From positions 1 to 42,046 of the forward strand of contig JAAZNS010000037.1 in the NCBI GenBank assembly GCA_012798185.1: DNA of 42,046 nt. The letters are read 5' to 3'. The position numbers were made by a program, and so were the translations under genes. The stretch is from Chloroflexota bacterium. Its GTDB lineage: Bacteria > Chloroflexota > Anaerolineae > Anaerolineales > UBA4823. Within the stretch, counting starts at the first letter, position 1. Every line of letters begins with the position of its first letter. The notes below the pieces were generated by a model that was given only the letters and a program-made list of their open reading frames with translations, was not told the origin of the DNA and did no database searches. Positions 1-8,669 of the stretch are shown here, in pieces.

Positions 1-951
1 GCCGCCGCCTACCGGAACGACGCGTTCTTTCCCCGCTACTGCCGGCATCTGAGTAACGCCCACCTTGAATGGCGCATTGGCTTCCATACTGGGAATATTA
101 GAGCTGGAAGCCATCAGCATCGCTAATTTTCCCGCCAGAAAATCACTCTTGGCTTCCTCATGCTGGTTAGGAGGCATGATTTTATAGGTGTTTACCATAT
201 CACCCCACAAGGTAAGCATTTGGACCGCTTCGGGGCTGTTATAAAGGACTTCGGTTTCTTCGGCGTTCACGATCTGCACCCCATTAGATAAAAACATAGC
301 ACTCAGATAATAATGGGTATCATCGGCAGAGTTAATCGCCCATTGATCGATTTCGCCATTAGCATTGGTATCCAGGGTTAATTTAGCGCCCATCTCGATC
401 ACATCAGCCCAGGTTTGAGGCGGTTTATCAGGATCCAGCCCGGCAGCCGTAAACAGGTCGCGGTTGTAATACAACACGGGTATAGACTGATTGAAGGGCA
501 TGCTCCATAATACGCCGCCGGCAGTGTTGTAATCCCAAAATACCTGCCGGATGGCGCTTTTATCGATGCCGTTGCTTCCATCGATAAATTCTGTAATGGG
601 AACAACAGCATTGGTGCTACCCATGAGCGGTGCACCGCCGATTTGAGCCACACTGGGCAACCCGCCGGTAGAAACAGCTGCCCATACTTTTGCCATGGCA
701 GAAGCATAATCGCCCTGGTATGTGGCATTTACCGTGATTTTAGATTGAGATTCATTGAATTGTTTTACCAACTCTTCCACAACTTTTCCATTATCGCCGC
801 TCAATGCATACCAAAATTCCAGGGTGATATGTCCATTGGCATCGATTTTCGCGGTTGATCCCGAACCGGATGTACTGGTCGATTGTGATCCCCCGCAGGC
901 AGTAATGCATATCAACAGAATTATGGCAAGTAAATTGATCTTTCTTATCAT
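1..951 (-). CDS. ABC transporter extracellular solute-binding lipoprotein (family 1, sugar-type); C-terminal part lies beyond the window edge
   Basis: Hand translation of the minus strand from the ATG at 949-951 stays open to position 1, so the ORF track missed it (no stop in window). N-terminus MIRKINLLAIILLICITAC is a signal peptide plus lipobox Cys. The body (EFWYALSG, YYNRDLFTAAGLDPDKPPQTW) looks like sugar SBPs. It lies directly downstream of two ABC permease genes. Confidence 0.85.
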   Translation of the reverse strand, partial: MIRKINLLAIILLICITACGGSQSTSTSGSGSTAKIDANGHITLEFWYALSGDNGKVVEELVKQFNESQSKITVNATYQGDYASAMAKVWAAVSTGGLPSVAQIGGAPLMGSTNAVVPITEFIDGSNGIDKSAIRQVFWDYNTAGGVLWSMPFNQSIPVLYYNRDLFTAAGLDPDKPPQTWADVIEMGAKLTLDTNANGEIDQWAINSADDTHYYLSAMFLSNGVQIVNAEETEVLYNSPEAVQMLTLWGDMVNTYKIMPPNQHEEAKSDFLAGKLAMLMASSSNIPSMEANAPFKVGVTQMPAVAGKERVVPVGGG

Positions 952-972
952 GGAAAACCTCCATTTACCATA

Positions 973-1860
973 CTATCGTTTTATTCCTGTGGTGGCGATC
1001 CCTTCCACAAAACTTTTCTGCACCAGGAAATAGAACAGGATCACCGGAATGGTAACCATCACAGCGGCTGCCATATATATGCCCCATTGTGTGCCGCCTT
1101 CCTGGCTGACAAAATAACGCAGCCCAATCTGTAATGTGCGCATCTCCTGGCGGTTGGTAACAACCAACGGCCATAAATACGAATTCCAATTGCCCATAAA
1201 AGCAAACAACGCCTGAGCGCCCAACACCGGGCGGGTAAGGGGAATGGCTATCTGCCATAAAAAGCGCAGCCGGCTGCAGCCATCCAGCCTGGCAGCGTCT
1301 TCCAGTTCACGCGGCAGCCCCATAAATGCCTGCCTGATCATGAAGACGCCAAAAGCATTCGCAAGAAATGGAACAATCAACCCCTGGTAAGTATCCTGCC
1401 AGTTCAATTGTTTGATCACCAAATAAGAAGGGATCAAAGTGACCTGGGTAGAAATCATCGTGGTGCTTAAGAACAGAGAAAACATAAAATTTTTCCCGAT
1501 GAAATTCATTCGGGCAAAGGCAAATGCTGCCAATGAACATGATATCAGCTGCCCCAGGGTTACAGCAAAGGCAACCACACCGCTGTTGAAAAAATACCGG
1601 GCAAACGGCGCGGCGTGCCAGGCATCGATATAATTCTGCCAGCGCAACTGCTTTGGAATCCAGGTGATTGGATAAGAGAATACCTCGGTGGCATCTTTAA
1701 ACGAAGTCGAAATCATCCAAATGAAGGGAATAACAACCAGGATAGAGGCAAAAATCATGACTATATACCAAACCGCGGCAGAGACCGCCCGCCTAGGACT
1801 GCGCCTTAATGTTCGAGGAAAACCCGAAGGTTGGGCTGTTGGGATTGCCATCTTACTCAT
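973..1860 (-). CDS. carbohydrate ABC transporter permease (MalG/UgpE-like)
   Basis: 295-aa multi-TM protein with an EAA-type loop (LPRELEDAARLDGCSRLRFLWQIAIPL). 8-nt overlap with the upstream permease gene. Confidence 0.9.
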   Translation of the reverse strand: MSKMAIPTAQPSGFPRTLRRSPRRAVSAAVWYIVMIFASILVVIPFIWMISTSFKDATEVFSYPITWIPKQLRWQNYIDAWHAAPFARYFFNSGVVAFAVTLGQLISCSLAAFAFARMNFIGKNFMFSLFLSTTMISTQVTLIPSYLVIKQLNWQDTYQGLIVPFLANAFGVFMIRQAFMGLPRELEDAARLDGCSRLRFLWQIAIPLTRPVLGAQALFAFMGNWNSYLWPLVVTNRQEMRTLQIGLRYFVSQEGGTQWGIYMAAAVMVTIPVILFYFLVQKSFVEGIATTGIKR

Positions 1861-2794
1861 AATATACCTTCTTCTCCAGAACTTTAAACTGCAGCAAGGT
1901 CAATATCAGCAATATAAAAAATAAGATTACTGCCACAGCAGAACCCATACCAATGCGGAAATATTTGAAGGCTTCCTGGTATAGATAATAAGCCAGAGTG
2001 GTTGTCACATTCAATGGACCACCCTGGGTCATCACATCGATCTCGGTAAAAGCTTGTAGTGAATTAATCACACCGATCACTAAAATATAAAATGTAGTAG
2101 GCGAAAGCTGCGGCCAGGTGACATAAAAGAATTTCGCTGTTGTGCCAGCGCCGTCAATCTCGGCGACCTCATAAAGCTCACGCGGAATCGCTTGCAGCCC
2201 CGCCAGGAATATAATGATGTTATACCCAATACCATGCCAAACACCCATCAGGATCAAGCAGGGCATTGCCAGAACAGGGTCGCGCAGCCAGCGCTGAACC
2301 GGCAACCCCACTTCCATGAGCAGCGAATTGAATAATCCGTAATCCGAAGGATGGTATAACCAAATCCACACCACCGAAATGGCTGCCATCGATGTGATGG
2401 TAGGCAGGAAAAAAGCCGTCCGAAACAAAGCTACACCAGGCAGCTTACGGTTGAGTAACAGCGCAAGGATTAGCGCCAGAATCATATTGATCGGGATGCC
2501 CAGCATAAAATAAAAAGTATTCCACACCGATTTCCAAAATACCTGCGAGGTCACCGGACCAGAAACCAGATCTACATAATTATCGAAACCGGCTGCCACA
2601 GCTTTATAAGGCAGATTCCAACGCAAGAAACTGGATATGAATGAAAAAATAACCGGGAAGAATGTAAATACGATGAAAATTAATATACTGGGCAATAAGA
2701 AAGCATATGCTGAAAAAGTTTCCTCGCCCCAGCGCCGCCACCACCCCGAATGAACAAAATTGGTTACAATTGGGTTCGATTCACTATCATTCAT
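1853..2794 (-). CDS. carbohydrate ABC transporter permease (MalF/UgpA-like)
   Basis: 313-aa multi-TM protein with an EAA loop (IPRELYEVAEIDGAGTTAKFFYVTWP). 8-nt overlap with the upstream gene. Confidence 0.9.
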   Translation of the reverse strand: MNDSESNPIVTNFVHSGWWRRWGEETFSAYAFLLPSILIFIVFTFFPVIFSFISSFLRWNLPYKAVAAGFDNYVDLVSGPVTSQVFWKSVWNTFYFMLGIPINMILALILALLLNRKLPGVALFRTAFFLPTITSMAAISVVWIWLYHPSDYGLFNSLLMEVGLPVQRWLRDPVLAMPCLILMGVWHGIGYNIIIFLAGLQAIPRELYEVAEIDGAGTTAKFFYVTWPQLSPTTFYILVIGVINSLQAFTEIDVMTQGGPLNVTTTLAYYLYQEAFKYFRIGMGSAVAVILFFILLILTLLQFKVLEKKVYYE

Positions 2795-3635
2795 CGAGCA
2801 ATTCCTTTATCCAGTGAATACTTTCAATCAGGCTGCGGTTGATCCTATCAATTTTCCATCCCCGCAACTGATTCCCTTTAATTTCAAGGCAAACAGAACC
2901 AGGGATGTGGCTCGATTGAATATAAGGCAACCAGGCTTTATAAGGCACCTGATCGTAGACCAGCGGAAAATGATCTAATCCAGTAGGGTTGATATCATGA
3001 ATATGTACATGGAATACCTTTGCCAGCCATTGGGAAGAGGGCAGGTCGGAGCGGTGATGCAGCGCATCATGCCCTAAATCCCAGCAGATGCCCACACGGG
3101 GGTCTGCCAGGTCTTGCGTCAAAGCTAACACTTCCTGACGTGTATCAGCAATTTTTATTTCTCCAGCGGCTGCTGGTCCCAGGTTTTCCATGGCAAACAA
3201 TAATTGCGGAAATTTATCCAGCGCCCAGCGCATGAAAGCCAACGTATCAGCATAGAGTCTTGCGCGGGAGCTAGTTTTAGATTTCGCGCCATGAACCACA
3301 ATCACAGGGATGGTATCTGCTGAAACACAATATTCCTGAGCCAGCGATAACAACGCAGTTAATTCACCTATGGAAGGCACTTGCTTTTTCTCATTGAAAC
3401 CATCCAGTGAATAAGGCTGGCTGTATGGAAAATGAAATGACAAATACAATCCCATATCGGCACAAGCCGTCATTAAAGGCTTGAATTGGTCCCATTCTCG
3501 CTGATGTGCATCCAGCAGGAATTCCATTGCGGTCAATCCGGCATCCTGCAATGGGGCTAAAAATTCCTTAAGGCTGGTGCCGGTTAACCATAATGGATGC
3601 ATGGTGAAACCGATGCGCGTTTTAGTAATGCTCAT
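2787..3635 (-). CDS. sugar phosphate isomerase/epimerase (xylose-isomerase-like TIM barrel) family protein
   Basis: 282 aa with the pattern typical of the AP-endonuclease-2/xylose isomerase-like TIM barrel family (FAMENL, CWDLGH, HVHIHD). Exact activity is unknown. Confidence 0.7.
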   Translation of the reverse strand: MSITKTRIGFTMHPLWLTGTSLKEFLAPLQDAGLTAMEFLLDAHQREWDQFKPLMTACADMGLYLSFHFPYSQPYSLDGFNEKKQVPSIGELTALLSLAQEYCVSADTIPVIVVHGAKSKTSSRARLYADTLAFMRWALDKFPQLLFAMENLGPAAAGEIKIADTRQEVLALTQDLADPRVGICWDLGHDALHHRSDLPSSQWLAKVFHVHIHDINPTGLDHFPLVYDQVPYKAWLPYIQSSHIPGSVCLEIKGNQLRGWKIDRINRSLIESIHWIKELLDE

Positions 3636-4654
3636 TTAACTATCCATCCCTGAGCGCTTTTTTGCCTCATGATATCAAATAAGCGCTGCGCTTCCCAAGA
3701 TAAATTTAATCCATTGGTAATTTCGATGGTCGAGAGCAGCGAGTGGTTGATTACGCTGGACCCTTTCCACGCCCCGCAAATTGCCCCGGCAATGGCTGCT
3801 ATCGTATCAGCATCGCCGCCCAGGTTTACACCATATTCTATCGCCTTCATTGGATCACCCTGCGCCAATTTAACGAGCCCAAAAGCAGTTGCAACCGATT
3901 CAGCCACCAGCATATCCACCCCAACATAACGGTAAAGGTCGCTCAGGGCTGTCTTTTCATTCTCAGCCCAATCGACAATCTTCAACGCCAGTTCGATACG
4001 TCCTTCCAGAGGCGTCCTCCAATGCCATTGACCGGTCGCGCTGCCCTGCACGGCACCTTCTTTGCCTGCATCGAGAATCTCAGGTAGAGTCGCATGTGGT
4101 AGCAGCGCCTGAGCAACAGCAAAGGCGACCGCTGCGCCTCCGGATATTGCGATCGCAGTGCCATGGGTAGGCAAACTTGCCTGAATGACATCAGCAAGGA
4201 TAGCCTCGAAATTACCCATGTTTACCAAGCCCACCGGAGGTACACGCATCGCTGCGCCATTGGTGGTGCCCTGCGCGCCAGCCTCATATACACTGCTGCC
4301 GTTTTTAATTGCCTCAAGTGCTTTTCGGGTGCTGGGTCCAATAAGCACTTCCAACTCTTCACGAGGTGTCCGATCGAACCACTTAATAAGTTCATTCGAA
4401 ACCGACTCGGCGCTTAGATCACCAGCATCGCTGTAGGCATGCGCTACTGCCAGAGCCTGCCAGGTATCATCACTGACACTGCCAGCTTTAAAACAGTGAT
4501 GAGGGTGCCAATCTAACGCTTGAACAATTCCGTTGATACGTCCATAATTTTCCAGGATTTGTTCGGGCGTTAGAAATTCTACCGGCATGCCTAAAGCATC
4601 CCCCAAAACCAAACCTGCCAAACAACCCAGAAATCGATCGTGTAAATCAGCCAC
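3632..4654 (-). CDS. ADP-ribosylglycohydrolase family protein
   Basis: Family hallmarks are an N-terminal GDALGMPVEF motif and a C-terminal GGDADTIAAIAGAICGA motif. 4-nt overlap with the downstream gene. Confidence 0.85.
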   Translation of the reverse strand: MADLHDRFLGCLAGLVLGDALGMPVEFLTPEQILENYGRINGIVQALDWHPHHCFKAGSVSDDTWQALAVAHAYSDAGDLSAESVSNELIKWFDRTPREELEVLIGPSTRKALEAIKNGSSVYEAGAQGTTNGAAMRVPPVGLVNMGNFEAILADVIQASLPTHGTAIAISGGAAVAFAVAQALLPHATLPEILDAGKEGAVQGSATGQWHWRTPLEGRIELALKIVDWAENEKTALSDLYRYVGVDMLVAESVATAFGLVKLAQGDPMKAIEYGVNLGGDADTIAAIAGAICGAWKGSSVINHSLLSTIEITNGLNLSWEAQRLFDIMRQKSAQGWIVK

Positions 4655-4656
4655 GT

Positions 4657-5442
4657 CTATTTTTGTATATAAAGATCAGAAGCGTGAGGCAACCGGGCGC
4701 GGTGCAAGCCGATGAGCACGCCTACCCCAACTATGGTTGCCAGAATGATAATTACCGTATCGACACCAATCCAATATGGCAGGGTCGGAATCCAATATTG
4801 CCAAGTCAGGCTATACAGCCAGTTGGTTAGGGAATTGGTGGTCAGGTATTCGGCGGCATGCCCGGTAGAGGCAAACAAAAAAAGTGCCGGCCACATCCAC
4901 AGCTTATTTTGGGTTAGGATCTGATGACGTGCCCATTCCCGTAAAGGCTTGATAAAAATTACCAACACCGCAATCAGCGAATATGGAAGCGGCACAAGAT
5001 ACATATACGGCTGCCAGGATGCCGGGTTCACAAACCAGGAAGCCAGCAAAATAATTTCGGCCAAACCGGCTAATTTCCAGCGGTTGGCAAAGGTAAGACC
5101 AGCAACCAAACCGCCCATGGTAGAGGTTACAAAGCTAAACGGTCCAAAAAATGCGCCAAAAGGGAAAAGAATTGTAGCAATAATTGCACCTGCGGCGTTG
5201 GCAACTGCAGCAGCTGGGCCTAACACAACCCCGGAAATGGCGGTCATGATAGCATTGACGGTGATCATCCCGCCCATCCCAGGCACCGGCAAGGCAGGGA
5301 CGGCGCTGGCAGCCACAAAAAGTGCTGCCCAGATGGCAATCAAAGAAATCGGAATGCCAAAGATACGTCCCCGTGATTGCCAAGTGCGCACTGGCGCGGG
5401 TTTTACTTCATCGATTTTTTCAGTTGGATTGGTTTCATTCAT
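4657..5442 (-). CDS. polytopic membrane protein, putative ECF-transporter substrate-capture (S) component, paralog 1 (divergent)
   Basis: 261 aa and hydrophobic, with a strong RBS (AAGGAGAG) upstream. It sits immediately downstream of ECF T/A/A' genes. It shares the pattern AIWAAL..AAS..PA.PV.G and FGP..F....G..AG.....RW with the proteins at 13926-14654 and 17370-18101. The family is unassigned. Confidence 0.6.
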   Translation of the reverse strand: MNETNPTEKIDEVKPAPVRTWQSRGRIFGIPISLIAIWAALFVAASAVPALPVPGMGGMITVNAIMTAISGVVLGPAAAVANAAGAIIATILFPFGAFFGPFSFVTSTMGGLVAGLTFANRWKLAGLAEIILLASWFVNPASWQPYMYLVPLPYSLIAVLVIFIKPLREWARHQILTQNKLWMWPALFLFASTGHAAEYLTTNSLTNWLYSLTWQYWIPTLPYWIGVDTVIIILATIVGVGVLIGLHRARLPHASDLYIQK

Positions 5443-5463
5443 GACGACTCTCTCCTTATTGAT

Positions 5464-6270
5464 TTATACAACCCCAAAGTGAGCCAGGCGCAAGATGATT
5501 GCAACGATCAGGCTCAGTAAGCATCCCGCTAAAAATAGATAATCAGCGCGGCGAAAATGACTTTCTAATAAATATGTGCGTTGTACAGGAGCGCCAAATG
5601 CCCGAGAGCTCATTGCTACATCCAAAATCTGAGAATCGCGGAAGGCACCCAATATCAAGGGAGTTAAAATACTGGCTGAAGCCCGTAACCGGATAAAGAA
5701 ATTTCCGCTCTCGAAATCGCCCACCCCTCGGCACAGCTGGGCTTGCTGAATCAATTCAGCGCGGTTTTGAATGGATGGGAATAAACTCATGGCAGTGGTC
5801 AGAATGAATGCAAAGCGGTAAGGTATCTTCAGCTTTACCAATGCCAACATCAGATCCGACATCGGGGTAGTCATCACCAATAAAGGTGCCACAGTCATGA
5901 TAACCACCAAGCGTAATACCAACGCTAAACCATACATCACGCCTTCTACGGTAATGTATCCGCTGAAACCTATTGCAGGGATTGCATTCGAAATGCGCAG
6001 CAGATTGGTTTGACCAGGATAGAAAAATGCCTGTAATGCAAATATGATGACAGCAATTCCTGTGAAGTATTTGAAAATATCCGCTACCATGTTGAGTGGA
6101 AGTTTTGCCAATGCCCAGGCGCCTAAAACCAGGAAAAGGATAGCTAGAACATAAAAAGGATTAGTAAAAACCAATACGACCAATAATATGGCTAACATTA
6201 ATACCAGTTTGGTACGCGCATCCAGACGATGTAAAAATGTATCTTTTTGGACATAACCTACATCAGCCAT
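5464..6270 (-). CDS. ECF transporter transmembrane (T) component, CbiQ/EcfT family
   Basis: 268-aa multi-TM protein with a coupling-helix type motif (MSSRAFGAP). 8-nt overlap with the upstream ATPase gene. Paralog of 20008-20814. Confidence 0.85.
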   Translation of the reverse strand: MADVGYVQKDTFLHRLDARTKLVLMLAILLVVLVFTNPFYVLAILFLVLGAWALAKLPLNMVADIFKYFTGIAVIIFALQAFFYPGQTNLLRISNAIPAIGFSGYITVEGVMYGLALVLRLVVIMTVAPLLVMTTPMSDLMLALVKLKIPYRFAFILTTAMSLFPSIQNRAELIQQAQLCRGVGDFESGNFFIRLRASASILTPLILGAFRDSQILDVAMSSRAFGAPVQRTYLLESHFRRADYLFLAGCLLSLIVAIILRLAHFGVV

Positions 6271-7126
6271 GATTGCCTCCCCTTCCGTTATTTCCTGCTA
6301 TCGGCGACGAACCCTGCGGCCTGATAACATCGCACATTTCGCGAATATTCAATATTGCCCGGTCGGTCCATCCCATTTGAAAAGCGAAGCGGGTTATTTG
6401 AGGCGGCCGCAAAGATAGTTTTTCAAGCAGTTCGATTTGCGTAAAAGCTTTTGCCGGAGGGGCATCCAGAGCTATCTTTCCGCCAGACATTACCACCACC
6501 CGCTGTGCGTGTTCGGCAACCATCTGCATATCGTGAGTGATGATAATGATCGTTTTACCGGATGTATGCAAACGATCGATAATTTCCATAATGCGCTGCC
6601 CGCCAAAATAATCCTGTCCGGTGGTGGGTTCATCGAAGACAAAGACCTCTGGCTGCATGGATAAGGCACAGGCTACCGCCAATCGTTGGCGATCTCCAAG
6701 GCTTAGGGCAAACGGGTGCTGATCCTGTAAAGATTCCAAACCTAAAATTTGTATAGTCTCTGCCACCCGGCGCTGAATTTCATCTTTGGAGCAGCCAATC
6801 ATCCGCGGGCCAAATCCGATCTCTTCTTCGACGCTATTACAAAATAGCATGTCGTCGGGGTTTTGGAAAACATAACCAATGATACGTGATAGTTCCGATA
6901 CCCGGGCTTTACTGGCGTCTTTACCACCGACTTTAATTGTTCCCTGAGTGGGTCTGAGCAACCCATTAAAATGTTTTGCCAGGGTGGTCTTTCCGCTGCC
7001 ATTTTGACCAACAATCGCTAGATATTCGCCCCGATCAACATTCAGTGAAACCCCACACAGCGCTTCTACGCCGTTGGGATAGACATGCGTTAGGTTTTCT
7101 ACGGTGATCATCGATTCTCTATCCAT
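6263..7126 (-). CDS. ECF transporter ATPase component (A')
   Basis: Walker A GQNGSGKT, signature LSLGDRQR, Walker B VFVFDEPT. The ORF-track start at 7180 would overlap the upstream ATPase by 62 nt. I prefer Met19 (7126, 8-nt overlap); Met24 (7111) is also possible. Confidence 0.85.
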   Translation of the reverse strand: MDRESMITVENLTHVYPNGVEALCGVSLNVDRGEYLAIVGQNGSGKTTLAKHFNGLLRPTQGTIKVGGKDASKARVSELSRIIGYVFQNPDDMLFCNSVEEEIGFGPRMIGCSKDEIQRRVAETIQILGLESLQDQHPFALSLGDRQRLAVACALSMQPEVFVFDEPTTGQDYFGGQRIMEIIDRLHTSGKTIIIITHDMQMVAEHAQRVVVMSGGKIALDAPPAKAFTQIELLEKLSLRPPQITRFAFQMGWTDRAILNIREMCDVIRPQGSSPIAGNNGRGGNHG

Positions 7127-7970
7127 GATGCAACCCTTTGTATAGTAAAACGGCTTCGTCGATGGAAATTGGGATATCACTGATTGGGGAACCGCGTTGG
7201 CGCAGCTCGAAACTGAGCTGGCTTACCTGCGGTGGTCTGATGCGGTTAGAGGCGAGTAAACCTGCCTGCGAAAAGACTTCCCGGGGAGTGCCATCCAGGA
7301 TAAGCATACCATCGTTGATCACCAAAATCCGGTCGGCATATTGGGCAATGAACTCTGTATCGTGGCTGACTAAAATAACCGTTTTGCCCAATCCCCGGTT
7401 AAGCCGGTTGATTACATCCATTACCTGCTCCGAACCCATCGGATCTAGCTCCGAAGTAGGCTCATCCAACACTAAAACATCGGGTTCCATTGCCAGCACA
7501 CACGCAATCGCAACGCGCTGCTGCTGCCCCCCAGAGAGAGCAGATGGCTGGCGGGTTTCGTAGCCTTGCAAACCGACAAAAGTAAGTGTCTCGTGCAGGT
7601 TTTGTAAAATTTTTTGACGGGGCATTCCCAGGTTTTCACAGCCAAAGGCGATCTCCCCTTGCACGTTGACGTTGAACAACTGATTGCGGGCGTTTTGTAC
7701 CACCAAGCCGACATGCTGAGCCATTACAGGAATTTCATTTTCATAGGTATCCAGCCCGGCTACAACAACGGAACCAGACATCTCGCCGCCAAATAGACGC
7801 GGCACAGCGCCATTGAAACAGTAACACAGGGTGGATTTCCCTGCCCCGGTCGGTCCAATCACAGCCAGGAACTGCCCTTCAGGTACCTGAAAGCTGATAT
7901 CCTTCAGTGCGGGTTTATCCGTACGCGGGTAAGCGTAAGTAAGGTTTTTAACTTCGATAATATTTGGCAT
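7119..7970 (-). CDS. ECF transporter ATPase component (A)
   Basis: Walker A GPTGAGKST, signature LSGGQQQR, Walker B VLVLDEPT, H-loop SHD. Confidence 0.9.
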   Translation of the reverse strand: MPNIIEVKNLTYAYPRTDKPALKDISFQVPEGQFLAVIGPTGAGKSTLCYCFNGAVPRLFGGEMSGSVVVAGLDTYENEIPVMAQHVGLVVQNARNQLFNVNVQGEIAFGCENLGMPRQKILQNLHETLTFVGLQGYETRQPSALSGGQQQRVAIACVLAMEPDVLVLDEPTSELDPMGSEQVMDVINRLNRGLGKTVILVSHDTEFIAQYADRILVINDGMLILDGTPREVFSQAGLLASNRIRPPQVSQLSFELRQRGSPISDIPISIDEAVLLYKGLHHG

Positions 7971-8064
7971 GTTTTTTTATAAATCGGGGAAGGACTTGTA
8001 TTCTCTACGCTAGAGATTTTTAAGCCCTTCCCATCTTCATTGAACCTCAATTTATACAATATGC

Positions 8065-8556
8065 TTATTTGAATTTGATCTCAACCACCCACCACATCCA
8101 CTGTTCGTCAAGGTAGGTTTCGCGAGCTTCCTGAGGGAAGGCAATTTTGACCGGTCCGCCTGTTTTCGAATCGAGTGCAGTACCAGCGTTGCGGTGCACC
8201 AGCATAATCGGCCATTTTTGCGCATCGGCAATTGACACATCGATTCCCTTGCCATCCGTCGCAATCACACTGATGGTGGTCGCATCGGCAGATGGTTTAA
8301 CAATTTCTATCAATTTGGACAATAGTACGCCATTATATTTTTGAGCTTCGGTTCCATCACCCACCCAGGGATCGATATATTCGCCATCGACCGCATTGGC
8401 ATCGAAGGTGGCTTCGTCAAATTCATAAGTTCCACCTTCAATATTTCCGGTGACCTTTAAAATGGTTGGGCCTTTTGCAGCTGGCTTTTGGGCGCAGCCC
8501 GCGACAAGGCTGGCAATGACTGCCAGACAAAATAGAATAACGAGGCTTTTTTTCAT
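8065..8556 (-). CDS. small secreted lipoprotein, oxidoreductase-molybdopterin-binding-like fold suspected, function unknown
   Basis: I start at the internal Met (MKKSLVILFCLAVIASLVAGC, a signal peptide plus lipobox). It is preceded by GGAGGA at 8566-8571. The ORF-track N-terminal extension to 8673 lacks support. Confidence 0.7.
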   Translation of the reverse strand: MKKSLVILFCLAVIASLVAGCAQKPAAKGPTILKVTGNIEGGTYEFDEATFDANAVDGEYIDPWVGDGTEAQKYNGVLLSKLIEIVKPSADATTISVIATDGKGIDVSIADAQKWPIMLVHRNAGTALDSKTGGPVKIAFPQEARETYLDEQWMWWVVEIKFK

Positions 8557-8579
8557 TTTCGACACTCCTCCAAAATTGG

Positions 8580-8607
8580 ATATTAGATTGCTTGGCTTTT
8601 CAGCCAA
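8580..8607 (-). promoter_or_regulatory. candidate internal sigma70-type promoter (TTGGCT-16 nt-TAATAT) ahead of the lipoprotein/ECF module 1 genes
   Basis: Read on the minus strand in the 113-nt gap after the SorC regulator gene. Only hexamer similarity supports it. Confidence 0.3.
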
Positions 8608-8625
8608 ATTGATTTTTTTACGGTC

Positions 8626-8648
8626 ATTGTCAAAAAAACATTGACAAT
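8626..8648. promoter_or_regulatory. inverted repeat ATTGTCAA-N7-TTGACAAT, possible operator
   Basis: Perfect 8-bp arms read directly from the sequence. It lies just upstream of the candidate promoter at 8580-8607. Confidence 0.3.
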
Positions 8649-8669
8649 TCTTTTGTTCGATCTTGCTTT

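Noticed and set aside
399-728. 109-aa minus-strand ORF
   Set aside because: It is in a different frame inside the SBP gene that I translated by hand (1-951), and has no motifs.
4949-5482. 177-aa plus-strand ORF
   Set aside because: It is a mirror-frame artefact opposite the S-like gene at 4657-5442, with no RBS and no recognisable motif.
7987-8032. Nested hairpins (GGGAAGG/CCTTCCC outer, TCTCTA-CGC-TAGAGA inner, followed by TTTTT on the plus strand) between the lipoprotein and ECF ATPase genes
   Set aside because: The U-run orientation fits a plus-strand terminator, but no plus-strand gene lies upstream. On the transcribed minus strand it lacks a U-tract, so I did not call it a terminator.
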